From contig JAZDJS010000047.1 in assembly GCA_043803745.1 (NCBI GenBank), forward strand, positions 1-25,479: 25,479 bases of DNA, in the 5' to 3' direction. Origin of the DNA: an archaeon (GTDB lineage Archaea > SpSt-1190 > DYHY01). Of this stretch, positions 15,832 through 24,691 are shown piece after piece. The notes beneath the pieces are model-generated. The model worked only from the letters and a program-made list of their open reading frames with translations. It was not told the DNA's origin and made no database searches. The translations under genes were made by a program, and so were the position numbers. The stretch's first letter is position 1. Each line of letters opens with the position of its first letter.

Positions 15832-16427
15832 TCCAGCAACTCGAGCCTCCGTTCGATTTTAAGCCTTTTGGCAAAACCCCCCAACAATTCTTTGTCTAGA
15901 CGCTCCCCAAATATTTTGTTAAGGTGTCTTGCATCTTCGATATCCTTCTCGCTACCGAGCTTCAGCTTGAACGGAATTTGAAGCTCAATCGGGGATATCT
16001 TCAGCACCTTTTTGTTCACCAACACCGTCTTGCGGTTTGCAAGAGCCCAAGCGCCAAGCTCGGCAGCCTCGGCTTGCTTGACTTCCATGTTCGGGACGAA
16101 CTGCCCCTTTCTAGCAAAACGAATCGAGACGCCTTCCGAAAAATAATTAGCATACCCGTCTTCCGGATTGGCTGTATTGACGCATTCGAACCCCTTCGAC
16201 AGTGCCTTCCAAAGCGACAGGAACTTGTTTTTCCCCATCTTCTCAATGAAGATGTCAACGTCTTCAGAGCTCCTGCTCCGGCCAAAGAGGATTGCGACAT
16301 AGCCTGAGACAAGCACGTAGCGGACCTGCTTCTTATCGAGAACCTCTATGAAATCAATGGTGAACTTATCCAGGGAATTGAGAACCTTGTCAAATATCAG
16401 TTTCCCTTTTGAGAACTTCAACTCCAT
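15828..16427 (-). CDS. Nucleotidyltransferase-fold protein (DUF6036/AbiEii-like)
   Basis: N-terminal YVLVSGYVAILFGRSRSSEDVDIFI and C-terminal KLKLGSEKDIEDA. Confidence 0.8.
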   Translation of the reverse strand: MELKFSKGKLIFDKVLNSLDKFTIDFIEVLDKKQVRYVLVSGYVAILFGRSRSSEDVDIFIEKMGKNKFLSLWKALSKGFECVNTANPEDGYANYFSEGVSIRFARKGQFVPNMEVKQAEAAELGAWALANRKTVLVNKKVLKISPIELQIPFKLKLGSEKDIEDARHLNKIFGERLDKELLGGFAKRLKIERRLELLE

Positions 16428-16475
16428 GAGCGATTAGTTAGCCAGATGTTTATAATGCTGGAGGCAGACGTTCCG

Positions 16476-17303
16476 CTATTCGTTTATTTTCCCAATTATT
16501 CTCCGCGCAAGTTCGGTAGTTGCGGCAACGATAATCGGCAGAAACTCTTTCTGCCCGAAGGAGAAGTATTTTCTTCCGCCAAGTTCTTTCCCATCAAGGG
16601 AAACCGTGACGCCGCCGGCCTCCCTAATCACGCCGTACATCCCGGCAATCTCGAGGTTGCTTTTCCTCGTGCACTGGAGGAACGCGTCAGCTTTCCCGGA
16701 GGCAACGTCGATGTAACTCGCTTGGGTCGGCCTCAGGCCGGAAAGTTTGAGCGTTCGAAGAGGCTTGATGAACGTTCGCTCTATCACTGGAGAGAAATCG
16801 TATTTTCCCGAACCGTCAACCAAAAGGCGGTTCCTTAGCGGGACTGTCTCCCCCGAGCAGAAAACCCGTTTCCCGTTCAGGAAAGCTCCCTTCCCTTTTT
16901 CAGCGAAGAGCAGCCTAGGGACTGGGGAATGCTCGAAAGTTCCTCCGCAAAGCCAGTCAGAATACTTCGGGTCGGCTCCCCCGAAAACCGAGAAAATCGT
17001 GCCATATCGTTTCTTCCCGAATCCCTTGATGTAATTGCTTGAGCCGTCAATCCCGTCAAGTATGCCTAGATATTTCGGGTTTTTCGCGAGCCTGACTATT
17101 CCATGCTCCTCGGAAACGATTGTCACTGGAAGTTTATGCTTTCGACAGGTTTCAATCACAGCTTCCTCGCATTCGAAATCCCCTCTAACTGCAAGGTCGC
17201 CGAATCGGTTTTGCTTCGTTTTCTTTATTCCCGAGCGTCCCAGGGAATCGTGCGTCCTGTTCGCCTCAATGAAAGCGAGCCTGACAATCCCGGAAACATC
17301 CAT
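16476..17303 (-). CDS. Inositol monophosphatase / FBPase family protein
   Basis: Motifs GD...D..CE, VSEEHG, ILDGIDGSSNY, AEKGKGAFLNG, VASGKADAF and IREAGG. Confidence 0.9.
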   Translation of the reverse strand: MDVSGIVRLAFIEANRTHDSLGRSGIKKTKQNRFGDLAVRGDFECEEAVIETCRKHKLPVTIVSEEHGIVRLAKNPKYLGILDGIDGSSNYIKGFGKKRYGTIFSVFGGADPKYSDWLCGGTFEHSPVPRLLFAEKGKGAFLNGKRVFCSGETVPLRNRLLVDGSGKYDFSPVIERTFIKPLRTLKLSGLRPTQASYIDVASGKADAFLQCTRKSNLEIAGMYGVIREAGGVTVSLDGKELGGRKYFSFGQKEFLPIIVAATTELARRIIGKINE

Positions 17304-17357
17304 TTGAAATGCCCAAAAACACCTCCGCAGGCTTTAAAACCGCCTAAATCCAAACCC

Positions 17358-17392
17358 TTATATATCGGCTTTTCAGCCACCCAATCAGGTGA
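17358..17392 (+). promoter_or_regulatory. TATA box and ribosome-binding site of the histone gene
   Basis: TTATATAT at 17358-17365 and GGTGA at 17388-17392, 10 nt before the ATG. Confidence 0.6.
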
Positions 17393-17402
17393 CAAAAGAA
17401 AA

Positions 17403-17573
17403 ATGGCATTGGTAGTAAAGTCGGCTGTTGCGGAAGTAGTAAGGAAGAAGGACATGCGGATGTCCGCTGATACCTACGACGCAATCGACAAGAAAATCGA
17501 GGAACTGCTTGTAGGCGCGCTCAAGAGGGCGGATGCGAATGGCAGAAAGACAGTAATGCCGCAGGACCTGTAA
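17403..17573 (+). CDS. Short archaeal histone-fold protein (56 aa)
   Basis: MALVVKSAVAEVVRKKDMRMSADTYDAIDKKIEELLVGALKRADANGRKTVMPQDL carries the histone-fold R-x-S and RKTV...DL motifs. The true start lies inside the ORF-track call 17103..17573. Confidence 0.92.
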   Translation: MALVVKSAVAEVVRKKDMRMSADTYDAIDKKIEELLVGALKRADANGRKTVMPQDL

Positions 17574-17627
17574 ATTTTTTTTGAAAAACCGGGGGGCCCT
17601 AAAAACCCCCCCAACTCTTTCTTTTTG
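17574..17627 (+). terminator. Oligo-T terminator with a G/C hairpin
   Basis: A T8 run right after the stop codon, then GGGGG...CCCCC, then further T runs. Confidence 0.5.
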
Positions 17628-17674
17628 CCAAAAACACAAAATTCTTAAAAGCGGGGAGAGTCTAGCCAGGGAAA

Positions 17675-17890
17675 ATGAACTTTAGGAACGTCTTCTACTG
17701 GATATTCGGCTCCCTTTGCATACTTGCGGGCGTGCTGGTCGCGTCAGGGATTGCGGCGGGCGGATTCTCGGCTTTCTCGAGCCTGGATTCGGTTCTGGCG
17801 CTCGTGGTCGCCCTGCTCCTCTTGATGTTCGGCGGGCTTTTGTGGATAGGGGTTGCGGTAATAACAATCTCGAAGAAAGGGCAAGTTTGA
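17675..17890 (+). CDS. Small two-TM membrane protein
   Basis: 71 aa with two long hydrophobic segments. Confidence 0.7.
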   Translation: MNFRNVFYWIFGSLCILAGVLVASGIAAGGFSAFSSLDSVLALVVALLLLMFGGLLWIGVAVITISKKGQV

Positions 17891-17896
17891 GCTGCA

Positions 17897-18454
17897 ATGG
17901 CCGGGCGCGCGCTTTCCCTTGAAGGCGCCGAGAAGGTTCTTGCGGAATTCCTCCAGTCGGAGGGCGCAATTGCATATTACATATTCGTTGACAGCGGGGA
18001 AAGGCGGAACCTGATCAAGCTCGCCTGCCTGTTGATTCTGTCGGTTTCCTTGACGGGTCTTTTTTTCCTCAAGGGAATCGTCTTTTCGGCAGTTTTCATC
18101 ATCATTTCCCTGGCTTCCGTTTCAATCCTCATCCTCACCTACCGGAAGCTTTTCCTTGCCGCGAAGGAGAATTTCCCGAAGGAGAAACTTTTCCTCACCG
18201 AGAAGAACGTGATTGTCCAGCATTCCCTCCAGAGGCTGAAAGTGAAGTATGTGCCGATTGACAGGTACAAGAGGCTGGAAAGGATGAAAACCCCCTTTGG
18301 CGAGTTCGCAACCCTCGTCTATCTTGACGGGGAGGGACTTTCCGAGCTCAGGGAGAAACTGTATTTCCCGGAAAAGCCGGAGCAGCTTGCGGAGTCGCTA
18401 AATGCGCAATTCGAGCGGGTCCAAAAAGCGGCAGCAGAAAAGAAGAAGGAGTAA
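17897..18454 (+). CDS. Two-TM membrane protein with a soluble, possibly PH-like, C-terminal domain
   Basis: TM hairpin at about aa 40-81, followed by LFLTEKNVIV...VPIDRYKRLE. Confidence 0.65.
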   Translation: MAGRALSLEGAEKVLAEFLQSEGAIAYYIFVDSGERRNLIKLACLLILSVSLTGLFFLKGIVFSAVFIIISLASVSILILTYRKLFLAAKENFPKEKLFLTEKNVIVQHSLQRLKVKYVPIDRYKRLERMKTPFGEFATLVYLDGEGLSELREKLYFPEKPEQLAESLNAQFERVQKAAAEKKKE

Positions 18455-18470
18455 GGACCGAGTCCCGTTG

Positions 18471-19841
18471 CTAAGCAGTTATCCCCTGATGGACTTCGGC
18501 AATGTTGTGCAAACGCCTTGCGGTCGCTTCCGGCCCGAAACGCGATTCAATATGCGCCCTCTGCGCCCCGACCACTTTATCATACTCGGGTTGCGGCATT
18601 TTCAGATATCCCTCAAGCTCAGCCGCAAGCCGGTCGGCGGCTTTACTTGACAGGCCTCCCTTTGTCGAGAGAATTCCGGGCGGATTGCATCGCAGACCGT
18701 CTGAGAGATAGACCAGGCTTTCCAGCCTTTCGGGTGGAAGCTGCTCAGTTGTGCCGTCGCTGACGTAACTTTCTTTCCGTCCACAAATTGCTTCAAATAC
18801 CCAGGAAATCGTCGTGACAGGCATTGTCAGGCCCATCTGGGTTATCGAGCTGTCAAGGGGGTTGGCCCCCTTTCTCAGGTGGATTGCGGCAACCCTGGAT
18901 TCTCCAGACAGGAGTCCGACCGGGAAGGGCCAAATAACTAACTTATCCTCGCAAGCTCTCTGCACATTCTGCCTTCCAAACTGGGGCCTGTAGAGCCGCG
19001 CCTCGCTATCCACTCCATTTAATTCGCCAATGCAACGCTCTCTTTCGTTCTTCATCCTTGAATCGTCTATCTGGGTGGTGTCAAGAGCGGTAACAACCGA
19101 AGCCCCTCTGTCGCGCAAGTTTTTTATTGTTATGTGGTCCGGTGCCGGACCAAAGAAAAGGAAGTTGTAATCACCAACATTCATTCGTTCGAAGACCCCG
19201 TCAATGCAATATCCCTTTGGATCGACAGCGTCTCTGTTCAACCTTCCGTGATGCACTATTGTGGGTCTTCCCGGGTCAAGACCCAGGAGCTCAAGCAAAA
19301 GGGGCTTTCTTCCACTGTACCGGTCTTCCAGTTTTTCCATTTTTTTGACAAGCCAAGGCGCGCAGGGAGTTGAGCCGTAGATGGCGGAATCAATAAGGTT
19401 GTAGAGGGTTCCTTTCGGGAGTGCTAATGCTTTAGAAAAAGAACGCTTAAAGCGACCATATATGCCTGCTGCGTGCGAAACTGAGAGAGGTTCGTCAGAC
19501 CCCATGTTTCCCTGCCAGCTTATCCCCGCGCAATCCGCCGTTTTTGTGATTGCCGTTTTTTCAGTTCCCGCGCAATCCACATAAACGGGGATTTCCCAGC
19601 CGCACTCTCTTGAAAGTGCTCTGCGAAGGGAGAGTATGCTAAGGTCCTCTCCGAGCATTTTTCCATCAAATTGACTGGTCCCAACAACGAAGGCAATCCC
19701 CGGGCGCTCTCTCCTTGCAGGCTCCCGCGTGTCCGGCCAGTCAAAGCCGTATTTTCTGACCAGCTCGGGTTTTGCATCCCATTGTTTGTAACTGTCCGCC
19801 ACGGAAAGGACGGCTCTGTAAGACTTTATAATTTTTACCAC
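18471..19841 (-). CDS. Divergent GT-B (GT4-like) glycosyltransferase paralog A
   Basis: LLGLDPGRPTIVHHGRL...PKGY and RLAAELEGYL...RAHIESRFGPEATARRL resemble the GT4 C-terminal domain. It is homologous to the two downstream genes. Confidence 0.6.
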   Translation of the reverse strand: MVKIIKSYRAVLSVADSYKQWDAKPELVRKYGFDWPDTREPARRERPGIAFVVGTSQFDGKMLGEDLSILSLRRALSRECGWEIPVYVDCAGTEKTAITKTADCAGISWQGNMGSDEPLSVSHAAGIYGRFKRSFSKALALPKGTLYNLIDSAIYGSTPCAPWLVKKMEKLEDRYSGRKPLLLELLGLDPGRPTIVHHGRLNRDAVDPKGYCIDGVFERMNVGDYNFLFFGPAPDHITIKNLRDRGASVVTALDTTQIDDSRMKNERERCIGELNGVDSEARLYRPQFGRQNVQRACEDKLVIWPFPVGLLSGESRVAAIHLRKGANPLDSSITQMGLTMPVTTISWVFEAICGRKESYVSDGTTEQLPPERLESLVYLSDGLRCNPPGILSTKGGLSSKAADRLAAELEGYLKMPQPEYDKVVGAQRAHIESRFGPEATARRLHNIAEVHQGITA

Positions 19842-19885
19842 TGTAGAAACGTATATAAATTCCCCAGACCGAAACTGGCCGGAAA

Positions 19886-20197
19886 ATGCCTAATCCCTCC
19901 TGCGTCGATTCTCAAACAAGAAACCTTGTCTTCCAGGAAATGGGGACTGCGGCAATAATGAGCTATAACGACAACGGACCCGCCCGATCCTGGGACGGTT
20001 TCCTCCTCGGCGTTGAAACAACCCGAGAAGGAGAATTGGTTCTGAAATATGTTTCCCAAGACAACCCGGGCGGGTTCTTCAGCTTCCTTGATGAAACGAG
20101 AACCGACACATTCACAAAAGTCGATTTCCTGCAAATGGTTGCCCTTGCATATGGGCCCGTTCTTTCAGCAGGAATCCCTTCGGAAGGAAGCGACTGA
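19886..20197 (+). CDS. Hypothetical protein (103 aa)
   Basis: TATATAAA at about 19852-19859 lies ~26 nt upstream. The ORF ends 3 nt before the next gene. Confidence 0.5.
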   Translation: MPNPSCVDSQTRNLVFQEMGTAAIMSYNDNGPARSWDGFLLGVETTREGELVLKYVSQDNPGGFFSFLDETRTDTFTKVDFLQMVALAYGPVLSAGIPSEGSD

Positions 20198-20200
20198 AAC

Positions 20201-21493
20201 GTGGCAGCCGGAAAACTTCTCAAGAACCTTCCGGAATGGGATTCCCTTCCAGGGCTTGCCGAAATTGCGAACACAACTTTGCTTGACGGGCCCGGATCTT
20301 TGGGAGATGGACGCCTCGAATTCCCCGCTCCGGGCGGCGTTGGCGGATGCATCTATGGCGAGGCACTTGCGGAGCTCCTTGCGATACGGGCTGCCGAGAA
20401 AAACGGAATCCCGGTTTTTTTCTGCCCCGAACCAACGGGCGGATTGAAAATATTCCTTTCCCAATCTGCTACCTGGGGCGCGAATTTCGAGAGCTCGAAC
20501 GACTACGTGCCATTTGCAGTATCTGACGCCCTCGCAACCGCAATCTCCTTCGAGAACGGAAAGCGGCCCGTTCTTGCCCTTCCGAACGTTATCGCAACCG
20601 ACATCTACTCAACAGAGCCGACTGAGGAGGGCGTTCTTCTCCATCAGGACGCTCTCGGAAAAAGCGGAATAGGTTCCTTTCGGGAGCTCTTCGGCCTGCG
20701 GGATAACTCGAAGGTCGTCATAACGCACGGGAGAATGACTTCCGGGTTCCGGAAAACGTACGGTTTTGGGGACGTAATCCTCAAATATCCGGAACTCGGG
20801 GCTGTCGGCGACCTTGATTTCCTATTCTTCGGAAGCAGGCCTGACGAGACAATTGTGTACGTCCTCAGGCAATGCGGATGCCGGGTTGTGAAGCTTCTTG
20901 ACACTGCAAAGCTGACCCTTCCCGAGGCAAACGGGAAAAATAGATTTCTAATTGAGAACAGTTCAGACCCGCGATTCATTGCGGGAGAATACACACCCCT
21001 TCCCGAAAACCACGGACCGATTGTCGCCTGCCCGTTTTCCCTCGGGACAATTGCAAACGAGCTCGGGGCGGTCGGCTATTTTCTTAGGCCGGACCCGGGC
21101 GCTTTCGAGCTTTCCTACGGCGAGATGCTGAGCTCAGGAATTCCCGTTGTCACGAGAATCCACGCGGTCGAGATGGCCGGAAACGGAAAAGAGAAAATCT
21201 CGATTACAGACGGCCAAATGTCCCTGATTCCCCCAGCCGAACGAGGAAGAGCGAAGGTGCTTGAGCAAATGGATGAGAAAACCGCTCGGGAGCTTGCGGG
21301 GGAAATTTACACTTCATTGAACCTTCCAGCTTCCGAACGGGCTTTGCTTGCCGGGCGGCAGGCTTCCTGGATTTCGGAGAACTTCGGCTATGATTCATTC
21401 GCAAGGCGGGCGCGGCGCCTGTTTTACCTTGTGGATTCCGGGGACGTTTCAATCCCCAAACCAACTGGGAACTGTGCGTGCATTACTTATTAG
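20201..21493 (+). CDS. Divergent GT-B (GT4-like) glycosyltransferase paralog B
   Basis: Motifs FRELFGLRDNSKVVITHGRM, PGAFELSYGEMLSSGIPVVT and ELAGEI...WISENFGYDSFARR. Confidence 0.7.
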   Translation: MAAGKLLKNLPEWDSLPGLAEIANTTLLDGPGSLGDGRLEFPAPGGVGGCIYGEALAELLAIRAAEKNGIPVFFCPEPTGGLKIFLSQSATWGANFESSNDYVPFAVSDALATAISFENGKRPVLALPNVIATDIYSTEPTEEGVLLHQDALGKSGIGSFRELFGLRDNSKVVITHGRMTSGFRKTYGFGDVILKYPELGAVGDLDFLFFGSRPDETIVYVLRQCGCRVVKLLDTAKLTLPEANGKNRFLIENSSDPRFIAGEYTPLPENHGPIVACPFSLGTIANELGAVGYFLRPDPGAFELSYGEMLSSGIPVVTRIHAVEMAGNGKEKISITDGQMSLIPPAERGRAKVLEQMDEKTARELAGEIYTSLNLPASERALLAGRQASWISENFGYDSFARRARRLFYLVDSGDVSIPKPTGNCACITY

Positions 21494-21539
21494 TGAGTGG
21501 TTAAAAAAGAAAAGAATATAAATCACTCCGGCATTCCCC

Positions 21540-22964
21540 TTGCAAGATGCCGAAAAAATCCACCGGAGGTTTCGCCAGGTGGTAACCGGCCGTCGGCTTG
21601 AAAACCTCCCTTCCTGGGACGAACTGCCCGGCCTTGTCGAAAGGTTCGGAGTTGACGAGCTCGACCTTCCCGGTGAAATCTACAACGGAGTTTTGAAATG
21701 CGGATTTCCCTCAGAAGGGATTGATGATTGTATTTATGGGGAAAACATTGCGGAACTCCTTGCAATAAGGGCTGCCGCGAAAGGAGGGTTCCAGAACGTA
21801 GAAAGCCGAGAACGCAAGGGAGTTCGGCTCTCCCAAGAGGTTAACTGGGCTGCGAATTTCTTTCCCACCCCCGCATATTTGCCTCTTGCGGTTTCCGACG
21901 GGCTGGCAGTTTCGATTTCACTTGCGAACCCTGGAAAAAGGGTTTTGACCCTTCCGAACGTTATCGCAACCGACATCTATTCCCGCACGCCGGAAGAGCC
22001 GGGCGTTTTGCGGCACCACCAGTCATTTGAGGAGATCGCTACAAAACGGGGACTTTCAGCGCCCTCCTTCAGGGAACTTTTCGGCCTGCGGGATAACTCG
22101 CAGGTCGTCATAACGCACGGGAGGATGGAGGGCAGCTTCCCGAAAACTCACGGGCTTGCCAAAGTAATCGATGCGTATGAGGAACTTGGCGAAGATGCGG
22201 GAAACCTAGATTATCTCTGTTTCGGGACAAGGCCGAACATGGAGACTGCGGAAAGGCTGAGGGCCCGCGGCTCGAGGGTCGTTTTCCTTCTTGACACCGC
22301 AAAGCTCACCCTTCCGGAAACGAAGAGAACTAACGAGAGGATGATACGGGCCAATTCCCGGGCGCGCATTTTGGAGGGAGATTACTCCCCGATAGAACCC
22401 AATCAGAACGAAATTTTCTCTTTTCCCTTCGGGCTCGGAAAGGTTGCGGAGGGACTCGGGGCTGTCGGCTATTTCCTGAGGCCAACTCCAGGAGCTTTTG
22501 AGCTTTCTTACGGGGAAATGTCCTCCGGCTTCCCAGTCGTTACCGCCGTCAACGCGACGAGCGGAAAGGACGGAAGCGGCGAAAAATACTATTTCACTGA
22601 CGGCCAGATGGGCTTGGTATTCCCGGAGGAAAGGCTGAACACGCCAGTCACATATTGCCTTGAACCGGGGGAATGGAAAGCCGGGGTTCCCGAGAGTCCC
22701 GGATTTTTCACACGGGACGCGCTTGCAATTTCCCCCGAACTCGCAAAAGCCCTCGCCCTGCAGATGAAGCGCTTCTTTGAAATGTCCCCTGCCGAAAGGG
22801 ATGCGCACGTCAGGTCAAGTGCGGAATGGATTGGAAGCGAGTTCGGCTATGAGGCCTTTTCCGGAAGGCTGGGCCGCCTGATGCACCTGAATTATTCGGG
22901 TGAGCTCAACACGAACCACACCGCTCCGCCGGTAACTCCTGAGACAATCCAGCTTTATGGCTAG
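21540..22964 (+). CDS. Divergent GT-B (GT4-like) glycosyltransferase paralog C
   Basis: Motifs FRELFGLRDNSQVVITHGRM, PGAFELSYGEMSSGFPVVT and WIGSEFGYEAFSGRL. TATAAA lies at about 21517-21522. Confidence 0.7.
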   Translation: MQDAEKIHRRFRQVVTGRRLENLPSWDELPGLVERFGVDELDLPGEIYNGVLKCGFPSEGIDDCIYGENIAELLAIRAAAKGGFQNVESRERKGVRLSQEVNWAANFFPTPAYLPLAVSDGLAVSISLANPGKRVLTLPNVIATDIYSRTPEEPGVLRHHQSFEEIATKRGLSAPSFRELFGLRDNSQVVITHGRMEGSFPKTHGLAKVIDAYEELGEDAGNLDYLCFGTRPNMETAERLRARGSRVVFLLDTAKLTLPETKRTNERMIRANSRARILEGDYSPIEPNQNEIFSFPFGLGKVAEGLGAVGYFLRPTPGAFELSYGEMSSGFPVVTAVNATSGKDGSGEKYYFTDGQMGLVFPEERLNTPVTYCLEPGEWKAGVPESPGFFTRDALAISPELAKALALQMKRFFEMSPAERDAHVRSSAEWIGSEFGYEAFSGRLGRLMHLNYSGELNTNHTAPPVTPETIQLYG

Positions 22965-22969
22965 CCCGT

Positions 22970-23257
22970 TCATTTCTTATTGGAAATTTCCCCAATCACA
23001 GAAATCCTGATGAAGAAAGCAGCAAGGAAAACGGCTGAGGAAACCATCAAAAATTCCTCGACAAAAGTCCCAAGGGCGTTCGTTGCCCCGGAAGATTCGA
23101 GGAAAACCGCCGACAACCGGCTGAAAGTTGCGGCAAAAAGGAAAACGCTCCGGGCAAACTGCAATGCAACGCCAATTGCGGCAAGCCTGACCGCGGAGCC
23201 GACAACACTCCCGAGCGCCCTTGCCTTCTTCAGCCCGAAAACGGCTGAGGCAAGCAT
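22970..23257 (-). CDS. Small membrane protein, possibly frameshifted near 23287 (true start 23313 or 23328)
   Basis: Three hydrophobic segments. The first TM continues upstream in frame (LPLRLFATGL), but the nearby ATGs are in another frame. Confidence 0.55.
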   Translation of the reverse strand: MLASAVFGLKKARALGSVVGSAVRLAAIGVALQFARSVFLFAATFSRLSAVFLESSGATNALGTFVEEFLMVSSAVFLAAFFIRISVIGEISNKK

Positions 23258-23342
23258 CAGGCCGGTCGCAAACAGCCGGAGCGGCAGGCGTCGGTTAGGC
23301 TGAACTCAACCATTCGGATATTTTCCATTCAGATGAGAGGAT

Positions 23343-24188
23343 TCAAGCGTCAGTTTCTTCCGATTCGTCCTTGGGCTCTTTTTCCTCTTCTTCCCCTTCG
23401 TCGTCTTCCGAATCAGAATCGGACTCTTCATCGTCTTCAGACTCTTCTTCCCCGCTGTCCACCTTATCTTCATCTTCCACTTTCGTCTTCTTCCCTCCGC
23501 GTTTTTTTGCCTTCTTTTCCGAAGGTTCTTCCTCTCCCGTTGCTTGAGCTGCGGCTTCTTCGGCCGGAGCAGCAGGCGCTTCCGGTTTAGGCTTGGGCCT
23601 TCCGATTGACACCGGCGGGTTGATTATCTGGATTCTCCTGATTTCAACGTTCCTGACCGGGTAAATCTTCTTTATCTCCTCGCGGAGAATGCTCTGGATT
23701 TTCTCGTCAAGGGTCTCGAGGAGGAATTCCTCGAAAGTCTTGGATTTGGCAAGCTCGAAGGTCGCCTTCATTATCGCGCGCCTGATTTTCCCCTTCTGGC
23801 TCGAGCGGCACTTGCTTGCGGTGATAACGAGCGGCTTAATCCTCAGCTTTGTTCCATCCCTTGCCTCGACGGAAACGACAGCCTCTATCTTCGTGATTCT
23901 CCGCCTAACAAGGCTTCTTACGTATGCGCGGACAAGTTCGAATTCCCTGATTTTGGTGTGTGCCTTCTTGCCTTCAAGGTGAGTTACCTCAAGCAGCAGC
24001 TTCATGTGCGCCTTCTTCGGGTCGTTCGTGACGTCGTAAACGGTCGTGTCAATCCGTTTTCCCGGGAGTGTCTTTGCCTCGGTCGCGAGAATCTTTCCAA
24101 TCTCAACGTTGTGGAAAACGTCCGGGGAAAGGACGGTATACCAATCCTTTCTCTTCCATCTGTCCTGAGCAGTTCCTTTTGTTGCCAT
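23343..24188 (-). CDS. rps3ae: 30S ribosomal protein S3Ae (eS1) with an acidic C-terminal tail
   Basis: Motifs DRWKRKDWYTVLSP, YVRSLVRRRITKI and KKIYPVRNVEIRR. Confidence 0.96.
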   Translation of the reverse strand: MATKGTAQDRWKRKDWYTVLSPDVFHNVEIGKILATEAKTLPGKRIDTTVYDVTNDPKKAHMKLLLEVTHLEGKKAHTKIREFELVRAYVRSLVRRRITKIEAVVSVEARDGTKLRIKPLVITASKCRSSQKGKIRRAIMKATFELAKSKTFEEFLLETLDEKIQSILREEIKKIYPVRNVEIRRIQIINPPVSIGRPKPKPEAPAAPAEEAAAQATGEEEPSEKKAKKRGGKKTKVEDEDKVDSGEEESEDDEESDSDSEDDEGEEEEKEPKDESEETDA

Positions 24189-24204
24189 TTGTCTTTATCA
24201 CTCC

Positions 24205-24666
24205 TTATCTCCCTGATACTATTATCGCCGCAGTCTCCGGATTGTATTGCCAGTCGGCGGCAAGACGCCCTTCTCTCCGGTAGTATTTGACAAGGCGGAG
24301 AATCTTCATCTCCGTGTTCTTCAGCCCGCGCCTCGAATGCTTGTCAGCTGTTGCGCCGGTAAGATGCTTCCGTATCTTGACCGCCCGCGTCATGAGGTTC
24401 AGCAAATCTTCCGGATATTCCGGGAAAAGCTTCGCTTCCTTGAGAACCTGGGTTATCGTTTTCCCCGTTGCAAGCTTGACCGATGGGATTCCCCACTGGT
24501 CGCGGAGGAGCATCCCTATTTCCGAGGTCTGCTTCCCCTCCTTGCCGAGGCGGGTTATTATCTTCATTATTTCCTCCGGGGTGAATCTTACCCAGGAAGG
24601 GCTGCTCATCCTTACGGGCCTGGTGCTCCCGCTCTTCCCCTTTTTGTGCGCGTATATTCGTGCCAT
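24205..24666 (-). CDS. rps15: 30S ribosomal protein S15 (uS15)
   Basis: Motifs MARIYAHKKGKSGSTRP, IGMLLRDQWGIP, PEDLLNL and DKHSRRGL. A GAGGAG RBS precedes the ATG at 24666. Confidence 0.97.
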   Translation of the reverse strand: MARIYAHKKGKSGSTRPVRMSSPSWVRFTPEEIMKIITRLGKEGKQTSEIGMLLRDQWGIPSVKLATGKTITQVLKEAKLFPEYPEDLLNLMTRAVKIRKHLTGATADKHSRRGLKNTEMKILRLVKYYRREGRLAADWQYNPETAAIIVSGR

Positions 24667-24691
24667 GTGTATTCTCCTCAATTTGTTATTT

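Noticed and set aside
17103-17402. Long N-terminal extension of the histone ORF
   Set aside because: It is antisense to the IMPase gene. The promoter and RBS point to the ATG at 17403.
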